From NCBI GenBank assembly GCA_963785765.1, contig CAWAWM010000009.1, positions 46,281 to 110,280 of the forward strand: a stretch of DNA of 64,000 bases, read 5' to 3'. The notes below the pieces were generated by a model that saw only the letters and a program-made list of their open reading frames with translations, was not told the DNA's origin and ran no database searches. A program made the translations under genes and the position numbers. This document shows positions 1-9,162 of the stretch, piece after piece (the stretch's first letter is position 1; the number at the start of each line of letters is the position of its first letter). The DNA comes from an uncultured Actinomycetes bacterium (GTDB lineage Bacteria > Actinomycetota > Actinomycetes > Streptosporangiales > Streptosporangiaceae).

Positions 1-18
1 ACCGCTTACCCTTGATGC

Positions 19-1197
19 GTGTTCGTCATCTACGCCTGGCTTCGCCGGCATCCGCAGCTCGTGGATAGCCTGCTCGCCCTGGTGATCGCCGGGCTCGGCA
101 GTGGCTCGATCGCCCACCAGCCGGCGGTGCTGGGACCATTGACCCTGCTTCTCGTGGTCCCGGTGGTATTCCGGCGACGAGCGCCAGTGGCCGCCTTCGC
201 GGTGGCAGCGACGGCCGGCGCCATTCAGGTTCTCCTCACCAGGGCCGGCCCGTCCGCATCAGACCTGGCCATCGTGGTGCTCCTGTACACCCTCGCCGCG
301 TACCGGCCGCGCCGGGAGTCGGTCGCCGGCCTGCTCATCTGCCTGCTCGGCGGGGCCGTCGCCGCTGCGGCCTTCCGGCCCGCCGTCGAGGCCCCGACTG
401 TCCAGCGGCTGTTCATCGACGCCGTCATGTTCGGCGGGACGGCTCTCATCGCCTGGATTTTCGGCGACTCGATGCGCTACCGGCGCGCGTACTACGTCGC
501 CCTGGAAGAGCGCGCCGCGCGGCTCGAAGCCGAACGTGACGCGCAGGCGAAGGTCTCCGCAGCCGCTGAGCGGGCCAGGATCGCCCGCGAGCTGCACGAC
601 GTGATCGCGCACAACGTCAGCGTCATGGTGGTCCAGGCGGATGGCGCGTCCTACGCGCTGCGCACCGACCCGGAGCGGACCCGGCAGGCGCTAGCAGCCA
701 TCTCCAGTACCGGCAGGCAGGCCCTCGCCGAGATGCGCCGCCTGCTCGGCGTGCTGCGGTCCGGCGACACCAGCGCGGACCTGGCCCCGCAGCCGGGTCT
801 GGACCAGGTCCGTGAGCTGCTCGATCAGGCCAGGGGGGCCGGGCTCTCGGTATCACTCACGCTGGAGGGAGCGCCGCGCCCGCTCAGCGAAGGAGCCGAG
901 CTGGCCGCCTACCGGGTTGTGCAGGAATCGCTGACCAACACGCGTAAGCACGGCGGCGTCCTGGCGGCCGCGGCCGTGACCCTGCGCTATGAACCGGACG
1001 GGCTGCTGGTCAAGGTCACCGACGACGGCCGGAGCGATCCGGCGCCCGGCTGCGGGACCGGCCACGGGCTCGGCCTCACCGGGATGCGCGAACGGATCGA
1101 GATGTACGGCGGCTCCGTCCAGGCTGGACCCTTGCCGGCCGGCGGCTATCAAGTAGTGGCCAGGCTGCCTGCCGCCGAGGCGGGGAGCCGGGTATGA
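19..1197 (+). CDS. Two-component sensor histidine kinase, HisKA_3 (NarL-partner) type
   Basis: 392-aa ORF. An in-frame TGA at 13-15 makes GTG 19 the first possible start. Hydrophobic N-terminal half, H-box ELHDVIAHNVSVMVVQ, and HATPase motifs NTRKHG / DDG / GHGLGLTGMRER. ATGA start/stop overlap with the next gene. Confidence 0.85.
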   Translation: MFVIYAWLRRHPQLVDSLLALVIAGLGSGSIAHQPAVLGPLTLLLVVPVVFRRRAPVAAFAVAATAGAIQVLLTRAGPSASDLAIVVLLYTLAAYRPRRESVAGLLICLLGGAVAAAAFRPAVEAPTVQRLFIDAVMFGGTALIAWIFGDSMRYRRAYYVALEERAARLEAERDAQAKVSAAAERARIARELHDVIAHNVSVMVVQADGASYALRTDPERTRQALAAISSTGRQALAEMRRLLGVLRSGDTSADLAPQPGLDQVRELLDQARGAGLSVSLTLEGAPRPLSEGAELAAYRVVQESLTNTRKHGGVLAAAAVTLRYEPDGLLVKVTDDGRSDPAPGCGTGHGLGLTGMRERIEMYGGSVQAGPLPAGGYQVVARLPAAEAGSRV

Positions 1198-1862
1198 CGA
1201 TCCGGATCATTCTCGTCGACGACCAGGAGCTGGTCAGGACCGGATTCCGGATGGTGCTTGATGCGCAGCCCGACATGACCGTCGTCGGCGAGGCCTCCGA
1301 TGGCCTCGCGGCCGCCGAACTGGCCAGGCGCCAGCCCGCCGATGTAGTGATCATGGACGCCCGGATGCCCAGGCTCGACGGCGTCGCCGCGACCAGGCGG
1401 ATCAGGGAGGCCGGGGACCGGCCGCGCATTCTCATGCTCACCACCTTCGATCTTGATGAATACGCGTTCGCCGCGCTCAAGGCGGGGGCCAGCGGATTCC
1501 TGCTCAAGGACGTCCCGCCCGACGAGCTGCTGTTCGCGATCCGGGCCGTGCATTCTGGCGATGCCGTGGTTGCGCCGTCCACCACCCGGCGGCTTATCGA
1601 CCAGTTCGCGCCGATGCTCCCCGCCGGGGAGGCCGCGGCGGCGCCGGGTTTCGCCGAGCTCACCGAGCGGGAACGGGAGGTGCTGGTCCTCGTCGCGCAA
1701 GGGCTGTCGAACTGCGAGATAGCGGAGCGGCTCTTCGTCTCCGAGGCTACGGTCAAGACGCATGTCGGCAGGATCCTGGCCAAGCTGGCGCTGCGGGACC
1801 GGGTCCAGGCAGTGGTCTACGCGTATGAGAACGGCCTGGTCAGGGCAGGCGGCCAAGGCTGA
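1194..1862 (+). CDS. NarL/LuxR-family response regulator (canonical receiver)
   Basis: 222 aa. Receiver residues are intact (VDDQ, IMDARMP, LTTFD, LLKD). C-terminal LuxR HTH (LTEREREVLVLVAQGLSNCEIAERLFVSEATVKTHV). Translationally coupled to the kinase. Confidence 0.9.
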   Translation: MTIRIILVDDQELVRTGFRMVLDAQPDMTVVGEASDGLAAAELARRQPADVVIMDARMPRLDGVAATRRIREAGDRPRILMLTTFDLDEYAFAALKAGASGFLLKDVPPDELLFAIRAVHSGDAVVAPSTTRRLIDQFAPMLPAGEAAAAPGFAELTEREREVLVLVAQGLSNCEIAERLFVSEATVKTHVGRILAKLALRDRVQAVVYAYENGLVRAGGQG

Positions 1863-1921
1863 GCCCGCGAGCCGGCCGGCACTGCGCCCGGCCGGCGGCG
1901 CGCTTGTAGGACAATGATCGC

Positions 1922-2476
1922 ATGGCCGACGGTGGCGAAGCGGGGAGTGGCGGCTGGCTGCTCCTCATCTACCGGGTACCGTCCGAGCCGACCAGGCTCC
2001 GCTCCACGGTATGGCGCAGGTTGAAGAGCCTGGGCGCCATTTACCTGCAGAACTCCGCCGCAGCGCTGCCCGCGAGCGTCGGTGCCGAGCGCGCCCTCCG
2101 CAAACTCAGGAGCGAGATTATCGGCATGTCGGGGACCGCGGTGCTGCTGTCCTGCAATGTGCTGGCCGGGCAGCCGGAGATCCTGGCCGCCTTCCAGGCG
2201 GCCCGCGACGACGAGTATGCCGAGATCGTCGACAAGTGCGAGGACTTCCTCGGCCAGGTCAAGAAGGAGTACGTGGCCGAGCACTTCAGCTACGCCGAGC
2301 TCGAGGAGAACGAGGTCGACCTGATCAAGCTGCGTAACTGGCTGGCCAGGGTACGCGACCGGGACGCATTCGGTGCCGCCGGCCGCGAGCCCGCCGAGGT
2401 GGCGCTGGCCAGATGCGAGCAGGAACTGGAGAGCTACGCGGCCCGGGTCTACGCCGAGGAGGCGGAGAGCCGCTGA
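1922..2476 (+). CDS. ChrB N-terminal-domain-like protein
   Basis: 184 aa. The N-terminus WLLLIYRVPSEPTRLRSTVWRRLKSLGAIYLQNSAAALP matches my memory of the ChrB_N signature. No ChrA transporter is nearby. Confidence 0.55.
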   Translation: MADGGEAGSGGWLLLIYRVPSEPTRLRSTVWRRLKSLGAIYLQNSAAALPASVGAERALRKLRSEIIGMSGTAVLLSCNVLAGQPEILAAFQAARDDEYAEIVDKCEDFLGQVKKEYVAEHFSYAELEENEVDLIKLRNWLARVRDRDAFGAAGREPAEVALARCEQELESYAARVYAEEAESR

Positions 2477-2506
2477 GCACGCACCGTCGGTGCAGGCCGG
2501 AGGACG

Positions 2507-2580
2507 CGGGCCGAAGACACTCGGGCGGAGAGCGCGGGCCGGAGACGCTCGGGCCGGAGAGCGCGGGCCGGGGACGCGCT
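2507..2580. repeat. About five tandem copies of a ~14-nt unit CGGGCCGGAGACGC
   Basis: Read directly: cgggccgaagacact/cgggcggagagcg/cgggccggagacgct/cgggccggagagcg/cgggccggggacgcg. Lies between convergent genes. Confidence 0.7.
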
Positions 2581-2593
2581 GGCCAGCCGGACG

Positions 2594-2851
2594 TTAGCCG
2601 GAGGGGTGCTGCCCGGACGAGCGCTGCGCGGACGAGTTCTGCCCGGCGTATTGCTGTCGGACGGCTCGCCACAGGCTCAGCGGGAGCAGCACCAGCAAGC
2701 ACAGCGGGAGCAGCCACCAGGCGGGAACGGCGGCCCGGCTCAGCAGATAGGTGAGCGCGAGACCGGCCGCCACGCCAGCCGCCACCCACCAGTCGTCCCC
2801 GATCACGAAGTCGTACCAGAACGCGAGGAACGCTCGCAGCCGCGTTGCCAT
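2594..2851 (-). CDS. Small integral membrane protein
   Basis: 85 aa with two hydrophobic helices (WWVAAGVAAGLALTYLL, WWLLPLCLLVLLPLSLW). Its start lies 1 nt after the stop of the upstream membrane gene, which suggests an operon. Confidence 0.5.
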   Translation of the reverse strand: MATRLRAFLAFWYDFVIGDDWWVAAGVAAGLALTYLLSRAAVPAWWLLPLCLLVLLPLSLWRAVRQQYAGQNSSAQRSSGQHPSG

Positions 2852-2852
2852 G

Positions 2853-3626
2853 TCAGCCCGCCTCTCTGGAGGCCGCCACCGCGGCCGCCCGTCGCGGGCC
2901 GCCCGCGGTCCCGCGCATCACGGCCACCATTCCCAGCCCGAGCAGCGCGACCGCCGGCACCAGGGCCAGCAGTGCCGCGTCGGAGCCAGGCCAGTGCGCG
3001 CCGGCGCCCTCCGCGCCCCAGAAGGTGCCGAACGCCGTCAGCATGATCCCGACCGCGAACTTCAGGGTGTTCTCTGGCACCCGTGACAGTGGCGCGCGCA
3101 CCGCAACGCCAATCGCCGCGACGGCCACTACCGCGCATCCCGCGGCGATCGCGGCCAGGCCGATGTTACGGGCATTGCTGCCGAAGGTGAGCGCGATAAA
3201 GACCACCTCCAGCCCCTCCAGCAGGACTCCCTTGAAGGACAGGGTGAAGCCATACCAGTCGGGCACCAGGACCCGCCGCGCGCGCTGCTGCGACGCCGCG
3301 GCAGCCAACTGCTCAGCGTAGATTTTGTCCTCGTCGTGCAGGGCCTTGTAACCGCTGGCCCGCAAGATGGCCTTCCGCAGCCACTGCAGCCCGAAGACCA
3401 GCAGCAGGGCACCCACCACCAGGCGCAGGCCGCGCAGTGGGACGGCAGATACGGCCGGGCCAAGCACCGCTACCACGACCGCGAGGACCAGCAGCGCGAC
3501 CGTCAGCCCGGACACCGCTGAGCGCCAGTCCCTGGCGGTGCCGGCCGCCAGCACGATGGTGGTGGCCTCCACGGCTTCGACCGCACAGGCCAGGAAGACC
3601 GCGATGAACAGTGCCCAGGCTCCCAT
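2853..3626 (-). CDS. Polytopic membrane protein (COG4280-like, function unknown)
   Basis: The ORF runs to 3662, but ATG 3626 is preceded by AAGGAGG. About 6 hydrophobic segments. The family call is from memory only. Confidence 0.6.
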   Translation of the reverse strand: MGAWALFIAVFLACAVEAVEATTIVLAAGTARDWRSAVSGLTVALLVLAVVVAVLGPAVSAVPLRGLRLVVGALLLVFGLQWLRKAILRASGYKALHDEDKIYAEQLAAAASQQRARRVLVPDWYGFTLSFKGVLLEGLEVVFIALTFGSNARNIGLAAIAAGCAVVAVAAIGVAVRAPLSRVPENTLKFAVGIMLTAFGTFWGAEGAGAHWPGSDAALLALVPAVALLGLGMVAVMRGTAGGPRRAAAVAASREAG

Positions 3627-3643
3627 GGCCCTCCTTGAGGGTG

Positions 3644-3701
3644 CACCGGCCTTAACTTTCACCGGCCTTCACTGTGCACCGGCCCTGACTGCGCACCGGC
3701 C
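3644..3701. repeat. Four copies of CACCGGCC(Y)T.ACT at 16-17-nt spacing
   Basis: CACCGGCC occurs at 3644, 3660, 3677 and 3694, immediately upstream of the membrane-operon start. Confidence 0.7.
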
Positions 3702-3736
3702 GCCCGGGCCGCGCAGGATCCGTCCGGCCACGCAGG

Positions 3737-3821
3737 GCCGCAACCCGCCACGGACTGGTGCCGCAACCCGCCACGGACTAGTCTAGTGTAACAGTCGTCT
3801 TACTCAGCATGTGACAGTCGT
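3737..3821. promoter_or_regulatory. Two pairs of direct repeats, each with 23-nt spacing, in the divergent pepA / membrane-operon region
   Basis: GCCGCAACCCGCCACGGACT at 3737-3756 and 3760-3779. TGT(A/G)ACAGTCGT at 3787-3798 and 3810-3821. The second pair lies in a locally AT-rich stretch (about 43% GC by hand count over 3781-3850). Confidence 0.4.
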
Positions 3822-3961
3822 TATTTCTGATACCTGACTAACGTTTAACCGGGCGAGCGCGGCTGCGATGCGCCGCGCTGGTGGCCCGCACCGCCGGCCC
3901 AGCTGACCGCGATGCGAACGGGCGGTGATCGGCTAGCGCGGGGAGGCATTAGGCTCGGACC

Positions 3962-5479
3962 GTGACCGCGAAGCTTCTCACCAGCCAGGCACGCCCCCGC
4001 GCGGTGCAGGCGGATGCCATCATCATCGGAGTTACCCAGGGCCCTGACGGCCCGGTTCCCGCGCCAGGTGCCGAGGATATCGACGCCGCACTGGGCGGTC
4101 GCCTGGCGGCGACGCTCACCGCGCTCGGCGCGACCGGCAGGGCGGAGGAACTGACCAAGGTGCCCGGAGCCGACCTGGTCGCCGCCCCGCTGATCGCGGC
4201 GGTCGGCCTCGGCGAGGGCCCCGACAACGGGGCCGGTTTCAGCGGCGAGACGCTCCGCCGGGCCGCGGGTGCAGCAGTCCGGGCCCAGGTCGGCGTGCCC
4301 CAGGCTGGCTCGCCGGGCAGCCGGATCGCGCTGGCGCTGCCAGCCCGCGACGAGGCCGAAGCAGAGGCCGTCGCGCTCGGGGCCCTGCTCGGCGGCTACG
4401 TATTCGGCCGGTACCGCAACGGCGGCCAGCAGCCGGACACCGAGCTGACGGTGCTGGCCGACGGTGCTGACGCCGCCGCCGGGGTAGCCCGCGCCGAGGT
4501 CATCGCCGCTGCGGTGGCACTGGTGCGCGACCTGGTGAATACCAGCCCGGCACAGCTGTACCCGGCCAGCTTCGCCGCCGAGGCGGAGCGGGTGGCCGCG
4601 GCGTCCGGGCTTGACGTCGAAGTGCTGGATGAGCACGCGCTGGCCGACGGCGGCTACGGCGGGATCGTCGGCGTGGGCCAGGGCTCCGTGCACCAGCCCC
4701 GGCTGGTGCGGCTCAGCTATACGCACCCGGACGCCACCAAGACGATCGTCTACGCGGGCAAGGGCATCACCTTCGATTCTGGTGGCCTGTCCCTGAAGCC
4801 GCCGAAGGCGATGGAGACGATGAAGTCCGATATGGGCGGGGCGGCGGCGGTATTGGCCGCACTGCAGGCCATCGCCGCGCTCGGCCCGGCGGTCAACGTG
4901 GTCGGCTACCTGCCGCTGGCCGAGAACATGCCCGGCGGCACCGCGCAGCGCCCGTCGGACGTGATCACCATCTACGGCGGCAAGACCGTCGAGGTGCTGA
5001 ACACCGACGCCGAGGGCCGCCTGGTCCTCGCCGACGCGTTGGCCAGGTCCGCGGCTGATTCCCCCGACCTGCTGGTTGATGTCGCCACCCTGACCGGCGC
5101 ACAGGTCGTCGCCCTGGGCAAGCGGACCTACGGCGTGATGTCCAATGACGACGCGGTGCGCGACGGGATCGTGGCCGCGGCAGCCCGGGCCGGTGAGGCC
5201 GCCTGGCCGATGCCGCTGCCCGAAGAGCTGCGTAAAGGCCTGGACTCGACGGTGGCCGACCTGGCCAACGTGGCGCCCGAGGCGCAAGGCGGCATGCTGG
5301 TCGCGGGGCTCTTCCTGCGGGAATTCGTACCTGACGGGGTTCGTTGGGCACATCTGGATATCGCGGGTCCCGCGTACCATTCGGGCGAGCCGTACGGGTA
5401 CACGCCGAAGGGTGGCACTGGCGCGGCAGTACGAACTCTCATCCAGGTGACTATGGACGTTGCAGATGGGCAGCTGTAG
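3962..5479 (+). CDS. pepA: Leucyl aminopeptidase (M17)
   Basis: 505 aa. M17 signature NTDAEGRLVLADAL, plus GKGITFDSGGLSLKP and MKSDMGGAAAV. Confidence 0.9.
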   Translation: MTAKLLTSQARPRAVQADAIIIGVTQGPDGPVPAPGAEDIDAALGGRLAATLTALGATGRAEELTKVPGADLVAAPLIAAVGLGEGPDNGAGFSGETLRRAAGAAVRAQVGVPQAGSPGSRIALALPARDEAEAEAVALGALLGGYVFGRYRNGGQQPDTELTVLADGADAAAGVARAEVIAAAVALVRDLVNTSPAQLYPASFAAEAERVAAASGLDVEVLDEHALADGGYGGIVGVGQGSVHQPRLVRLSYTHPDATKTIVYAGKGITFDSGGLSLKPPKAMETMKSDMGGAAAVLAALQAIAALGPAVNVVGYLPLAENMPGGTAQRPSDVITIYGGKTVEVLNTDAEGRLVLADALARSAADSPDLLVDVATLTGAQVVALGKRTYGVMSNDDAVRDGIVAAAARAGEAAWPMPLPEELRKGLDSTVADLANVAPEAQGGMLVAGLFLREFVPDGVRWAHLDIAGPAYHSGEPYGYTPKGGTGAAVRTLIQVTMDVADGQL

Positions 5480-5562
5480 GCACGAGGCAGCACGAACACC
5501 AGCCCGCAGGCCAGGCGGCGCTAGCCGAGCCTGGGCTGGCCGATCGAGCAAGGAGCATTTCA

Positions 5563-6942
5563 GTGGCTGATAGCGGCGGCTACGACATTGTCATTCTCGG
5601 CGGCGGCAGCGGCGGTTACGCATGCGCGCTGCGCGCGGCCGAACTGGGCAACCGGGTCGCGCTCATCGAGCAGGGCAAAGTGGGCGGCACCTGCCTGCAC
5701 CGGGGCTGTATCCCGACCAAGGCGCTGCTGCACGCCGCCGAGATCGCCGACCAGACCAGGGAGAGCGAGTCCTTCGGGATCCGGGCCAGCCTGGACGGCA
5801 TCGACATGGACGGGGTCAACGCCTACAAGGACAAGGTGGTCACCAGGTTGTGGAAGGGCCTGGTGGGGCTGGTCGGCAGCAGGCACATCGATGTCATCGA
5901 GGGCGAGGGCCGGCTGGTCTCCCCCACCGCGGTCCAGGTCGGTGACACGCTGGTCGAGGGCGCGCACGTGGTGCTGGCCAGCGGCTCACAGGCCCGCAGT
6001 CTGCCTGGACTGGAGATCGACGGCACGCGCGTGATCACCAGCGATCATGCCCTGCAGCTCGACCGGGTACCCGCGTCGGTGGTCATTCTGGGCGGCGGGG
6101 TGATCGGGGTCGAGTTCGCCAGCGTATGGCGGTCCTTCGGCGCCGAGGTGACGATCGTTGAGATGCTGCCCCACCTGCTGCCGGCCGAGGATGAGTCAAG
6201 TTCCAAGCTGCTGGAGCGGGCCTTTAGGCGGCGTGGCATCGGCTACAAGCTCGGCGCCAAGTTCGAGAGCGTCAAGGAGACCGACTCCGGCGTCACGGTC
6301 ACGCTCGAAGGCGGCACTACCATCGACGCCGAGCTGCTCCTGGTCGCGGTGGGCCGGGGACCGGTGTCCGCGGGCCTCGGTTATGAGGAAGCGGGCGTCG
6401 CGATCGAGCGCGGCTATGTGACCGTCGACGGGTACTGCCAGACGAATGTGCCCACGATCTCGGCGGTGGGCGATCTTACGCCGGGGCCGCAGCTGGCGCA
6501 TGCGGGATTCGGCGAGGGCATCCTGGTCGCCGAGCGCCTGGCCGGGCTCCAGGTCACGCCGATCGACTACGACGGCGTCCCGCGGGTGGCCTACAGCAAC
6601 CCAGAGGTCGCGTCGGTGGGCATCACCTCGGCTACCGCTGCTGAGCGCGGCATCGAAACCACCGAGTTCACCTACGACCTGGCTGGCAACGGCAAGAGCC
6701 AGATCCTGCAGACGCAGGGCGCCGCCAAGGTCATCGCGACCGCGGGCGGCGGCCCGGTACTCGGTATTCACCTGGTGGGCGCCCGGGTGGGCGAGCTGAT
6801 CGCCGAAGCCCAGCTGATCTACAACTGGGAGGCCGCGCCCGCCGAGGTCGCCCAGCTCATCCATCCGCATCCGACCCAGTCCGAGGCGATCGGCGAGGCG
6901 CATCTCGCGCTGGCCGGAAAGCCCCTGCACGTGCACGGCTGA
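5563..6942 (+). CDS. lpd: Dihydrolipoyl dehydrogenase (E3)
   Basis: The ORF opens at 5344, but GTG 5563 follows AAGGAG (5550-5555). GGGSGGY FAD motif, redox disulfide GGTCLHRGCIPTK, C-terminal HPHPTQSE. Confidence 0.9.
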   Translation: MADSGGYDIVILGGGSGGYACALRAAELGNRVALIEQGKVGGTCLHRGCIPTKALLHAAEIADQTRESESFGIRASLDGIDMDGVNAYKDKVVTRLWKGLVGLVGSRHIDVIEGEGRLVSPTAVQVGDTLVEGAHVVLASGSQARSLPGLEIDGTRVITSDHALQLDRVPASVVILGGGVIGVEFASVWRSFGAEVTIVEMLPHLLPAEDESSSKLLERAFRRRGIGYKLGAKFESVKETDSGVTVTLEGGTTIDAELLLVAVGRGPVSAGLGYEEAGVAIERGYVTVDGYCQTNVPTISAVGDLTPGPQLAHAGFGEGILVAERLAGLQVTPIDYDGVPRVAYSNPEVASVGITSATAAERGIETTEFTYDLAGNGKSQILQTQGAAKVIATAGGGPVLGIHLVGARVGELIAEAQLIYNWEAAPAEVAQLIHPHPTQSEAIGEAHLALAGKPLHVHG

Positions 6943-6948
6943 CCGAAA

Positions 6949-6964
6949 CCCGCCGCGAGGCGGG
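6949..6964 (+). terminator. Short GC hairpin after lpd (CCCGCC-GCGA-GGCGGG)
   Basis: 6-bp perfect stem with a GNRA-like loop and no U-tract. Followed by a purine-rich leader (GAAAAGAAAAAGAAGGAG) before sucB. May only be an attenuating or processing structure. Confidence 0.25.
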
Positions 6965-7027
6965 GCCCGCGGCCAGGCACGTGCCACCGTGAGCGCTGAA
7001 AAGAAAAAGAAGGAGTAACGGAACGTC

Positions 7028-8989
7028 ATGTCGGTCTCGGTATCCATGCCACAGCTCGGCGAGAGCGTAACCGAGGGCACCGTAACGCGCTGGCTGAAGC
7101 GGGAGGGCGAGCGCGTCGAGGCTGACGAGCCACTGCTCGAGGTCTCGACGGACAAGGTCGACACTGAGATCCCGTCGCCGGTCTCGGGAATTCTGCGCGG
7201 AATCACTGTCGCCGAGGATGAGACCGTCGCGGTCGGCGCCGAACTCGCCGTCATCGACGACGAGGGATCCGGTGCCGGTGCGGTGGACGCGTCAGACGGC
7301 CAAGCCGCCGAGGCGCCAGCCGAGGCGCCCGCCGATGCGGCGGCCGCGCCGTCAGCTACCCAGTCCGCTCCCCCGGCCGCCGGGCCGGCCGCCGGTCAGG
7401 ACGGGCAGATCGCCGACGACACGGTGAACCAGGAAGAAGAAGAAGAAGCGGACCAGGAAACGGCAGCCTTCGCGTCGCCTGAAGCTCAGGACCAGCAGGC
7501 CGCAGCGAACGACGCGGCGCAGCCGCCGGAGGCTGCGCCGTCAGCTGAGCAACAGCAGCCCTATCCGCAGCAGGGCGATCAGCAGCCGTACCAGCAGCCG
7601 TACCAGCAGCCCTATCAGCAGCCGTACCAGCAGCGGTCCTACCAGCAGCGGTCCTACCAGCAGCCGTACCAGCAGCCGTCCTACCAGCAGCCATATCAGC
7701 AGCCGTCCTACCAGCAGCCGTACCAGCAGCAGCCATCGGGTTACCAGCCGCAGTCCGCCCAGTCACCGGCACAGGACGCCCCCGCCGCGCCGCCGCAGGC
7801 CTACCAGGCCCCGGCCGGGGCCCAGCCGCCTGCTTACCAGCCGGCCGGCGGCTCGCCGGGACAGGCCCAGGGCGGGCCGCCGGGGAGTGACGTTTCGACG
7901 TCCATCGCCGGTCCTGAGGGTCCCTACGTGACGCCCCTGGTCCGCAAGCTGGCGTCGGAGCACGGGATCGACCTGGCGTCGGTGACTGGCACCGGGGTCG
8001 GCGGGCGCATCCGCAAGCAGGACGTTCTCGACGCCGCCAGCGCGCGCCGGGGCCAGGCGGCTGGCGCCGCCCAGCAACCGGGAGCCCCGCAGCAGCCCGC
8101 AGCCCAGCAGCAGCAGCCTGCGACGCAGCAGCGGGGCCCCGCCGCGCAAGCCGCCCCGCCCAGGTTCGGTGCGGCATCAGGGCCGGCCGGGCCGGTGATC
8201 GCCCAGCAGCCGGAACCGGCCGGCCCGGACCAGCCCGCGTCCCGGTCGGGCATTGTGCCCTCGCGGCTGCGCGGCACGACCGAGAAGATGTCACGGTCCC
8301 GCCAGCTGATCGCCCAGCGGATGGTCGAGTCGCTCCAGACCTCCGCCCAGCTCACCACGGTGGTCGAGGCGGACGTCACGGCCATCGCCAGGCTCAGGGA
8401 GCGCGCTAAGGCGCCCTTCGAGGCCAGAGAGGGCGTCAAGCTCTCGTTCCTGCCGTTCTTCGCGCTGGCCGCCGTCGAGGCCCTCAAGGAGCACCCCAGG
8501 CTTAACGCGGTCGTGGATGCCGCCAACGCGCAGGTGACCTATCACGACGCCGAACATCTGGGGATCGCGGTCGACACTGAGCGCGGGCTGATGGTGCCGG
8601 TCATCCGCAAGGCCGGCGACCTGAACATCGCCGGTCTGGCCAGGAAGATCGCCGACCTCGCGGCCCGCACCCGGGCCGGGCAGGTCAGCCCGGATGACCT
8701 GTCCGGCGGCACCTTCACGCTCACCAACACCGGCAGCCGAGGCGCGCTTTTCGACACGCCGATCATTAACCAGCCGCAGGTGGCGATCCTCGGGACCGGC
8801 ATCGTGGTGAAGCGGCCCGTAGTGGTGGATGACCCGGCCCTGGGTGAGGTGATCACCGTCAGGTCAATGGTCTACCTGGCCCTGACCTACGATCACCGGC
8901 TGGTCGACGGGGCGGACGCCGCGCGGTTCCTGGCCACCATGAAAGGCCGCCTGGAGGAGGGCGCCTTCGAGACCGGCCTCGGCCTTTAG
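7028..8989 (+). CDS. sucB: 2-oxoacid dehydrogenase E2 (dihydrolipoyllysine succinyl/acetyl-transferase)
   Basis: 653 aa. One lipoyl domain ([15 protein letters not shown]), PSBD ([33 protein letters not shown]), and catalytic domain with DHRLVDG. Unusually long Q/P/Y linker. Confidence 0.9.
   Translation: MSVSVSMPQLGESVTEGTVTRWLKREGERVEADEPLLEVSTDKVDTEIPSPVSGILRGITVAEDETVAVGAELAVIDDEGSGAGAVDASDGQAAEAPAEAPADAAAAPSATQSAPPAAGPAAGQDGQIADDTVNQEEEEEADQETAAFASPEAQDQQAAANDAAQPPEAAPSAEQQQPYPQQGDQQPYQQPYQQPYQQPYQQRSYQQRSYQQPYQQPSYQQPYQQPSYQQPYQQQPSGYQPQSAQSPAQDAPAAPPQAYQAPAGAQPPAYQPAGGSPGQAQGGPPGSDVSTSIAGPEGPYVTPLVRKLASEHGIDLASVTGTGVGGRIRKQDVLDAASARRGQAAGAAQQPGAPQQPAAQQQQPATQQRGPAAQAAPPRFGAASGPAGPVIAQQPEPAGPDQPASRSGIVPSRLRGTTEKMSRSRQLIAQRMVESLQTSAQLTTVVEADVTAIARLRERAKAPFEAREGVKLSFLPFFALAAVEALKEHPRLNAVVDAANAQVTYHDAEHLGIAVDTERGLMVPVIRKAGDLNIAGLARKIADLAARTRAGQVSPDDLSGGTFTLTNTGSRGALFDTPIINQPQVAILGTGIVVKRPVVVDDPALGEVITVRSMVYLALTYDHRLVDGADAARFLATMKGRLEEGAFETGLGL
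7549..7750 (+). repeat. In-frame 12/15-nt tandem repeats encoding (QQPY / QQRSY / QQPSY)n
   Basis: cagcagccgtac units read directly. The protein stretch is [68 protein letters not shown]. Confidence 0.85.
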
Positions 8990-8992
8990 CCG

Positions 8993-9019
8993 GGCGGCCC
9001 GGGTCCCGTCCGGGCCGCC
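8993..9019 (+). terminator. Hairpin after sucB (10-bp perfect stem GGCGGCCCGG / CCGGGCCGCC, 7-nt loop)
   Basis: Starts 4 nt after the TAG stop. GC-rich stem without a clear U-tract, which is common in actinomycetes. Confidence 0.5.
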
Positions 9020-9132
9020 GCGGTCCCGCCCGGTGGGTGTCGGACGCCGGCGACCGGCTGCCCTTGGGTAGCGGTCTGGCTGTGCTGCTCCGTTCGCTCG
9101 GTACGTACTGCGTGTATGTGATCCAGCACGCT

Positions 9133-9162
9133 GCGTAAGAATTAGCCGCGTAGGAACTAGCT
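9133..9162. repeat. Two adjacent 15-nt units GCGTA(A/G)GAA(T/C)TAGC(C/T) upstream of the epimerase gene
   Basis: gcgtaagaattagcc / gcgtaggaactagct, followed by a degenerate third unit. Lies 18 nt upstream of the AGGAGG RBS in a locally GC-poor segment. Confidence 0.5.

Noticed and set aside
3845-5551. 568-aa minus-strand ORF covering pepA
   Set aside because: It lies antisense to a gene with clear M17 peptidase motifs, and its translation is Arg/Gly/Ala-rich with no motif. This is a typical shadow ORF of high-GC DNA.
5344-5562. N-terminal extensions offered by the ORF track for lpd. The same applies to glnA 18469, lipB 10610, map 51504, aldolase 34920, MBL 44248, TetR 45410, methyltransferase 14713 and glnA2 30060.
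   Set aside because: The extensions overlap neighbouring genes or regulatory sites and lack RBSs. They also add Arg/Pro-rich sequence absent from the family N-termini I recall, and internal starts with RBSs fit better.
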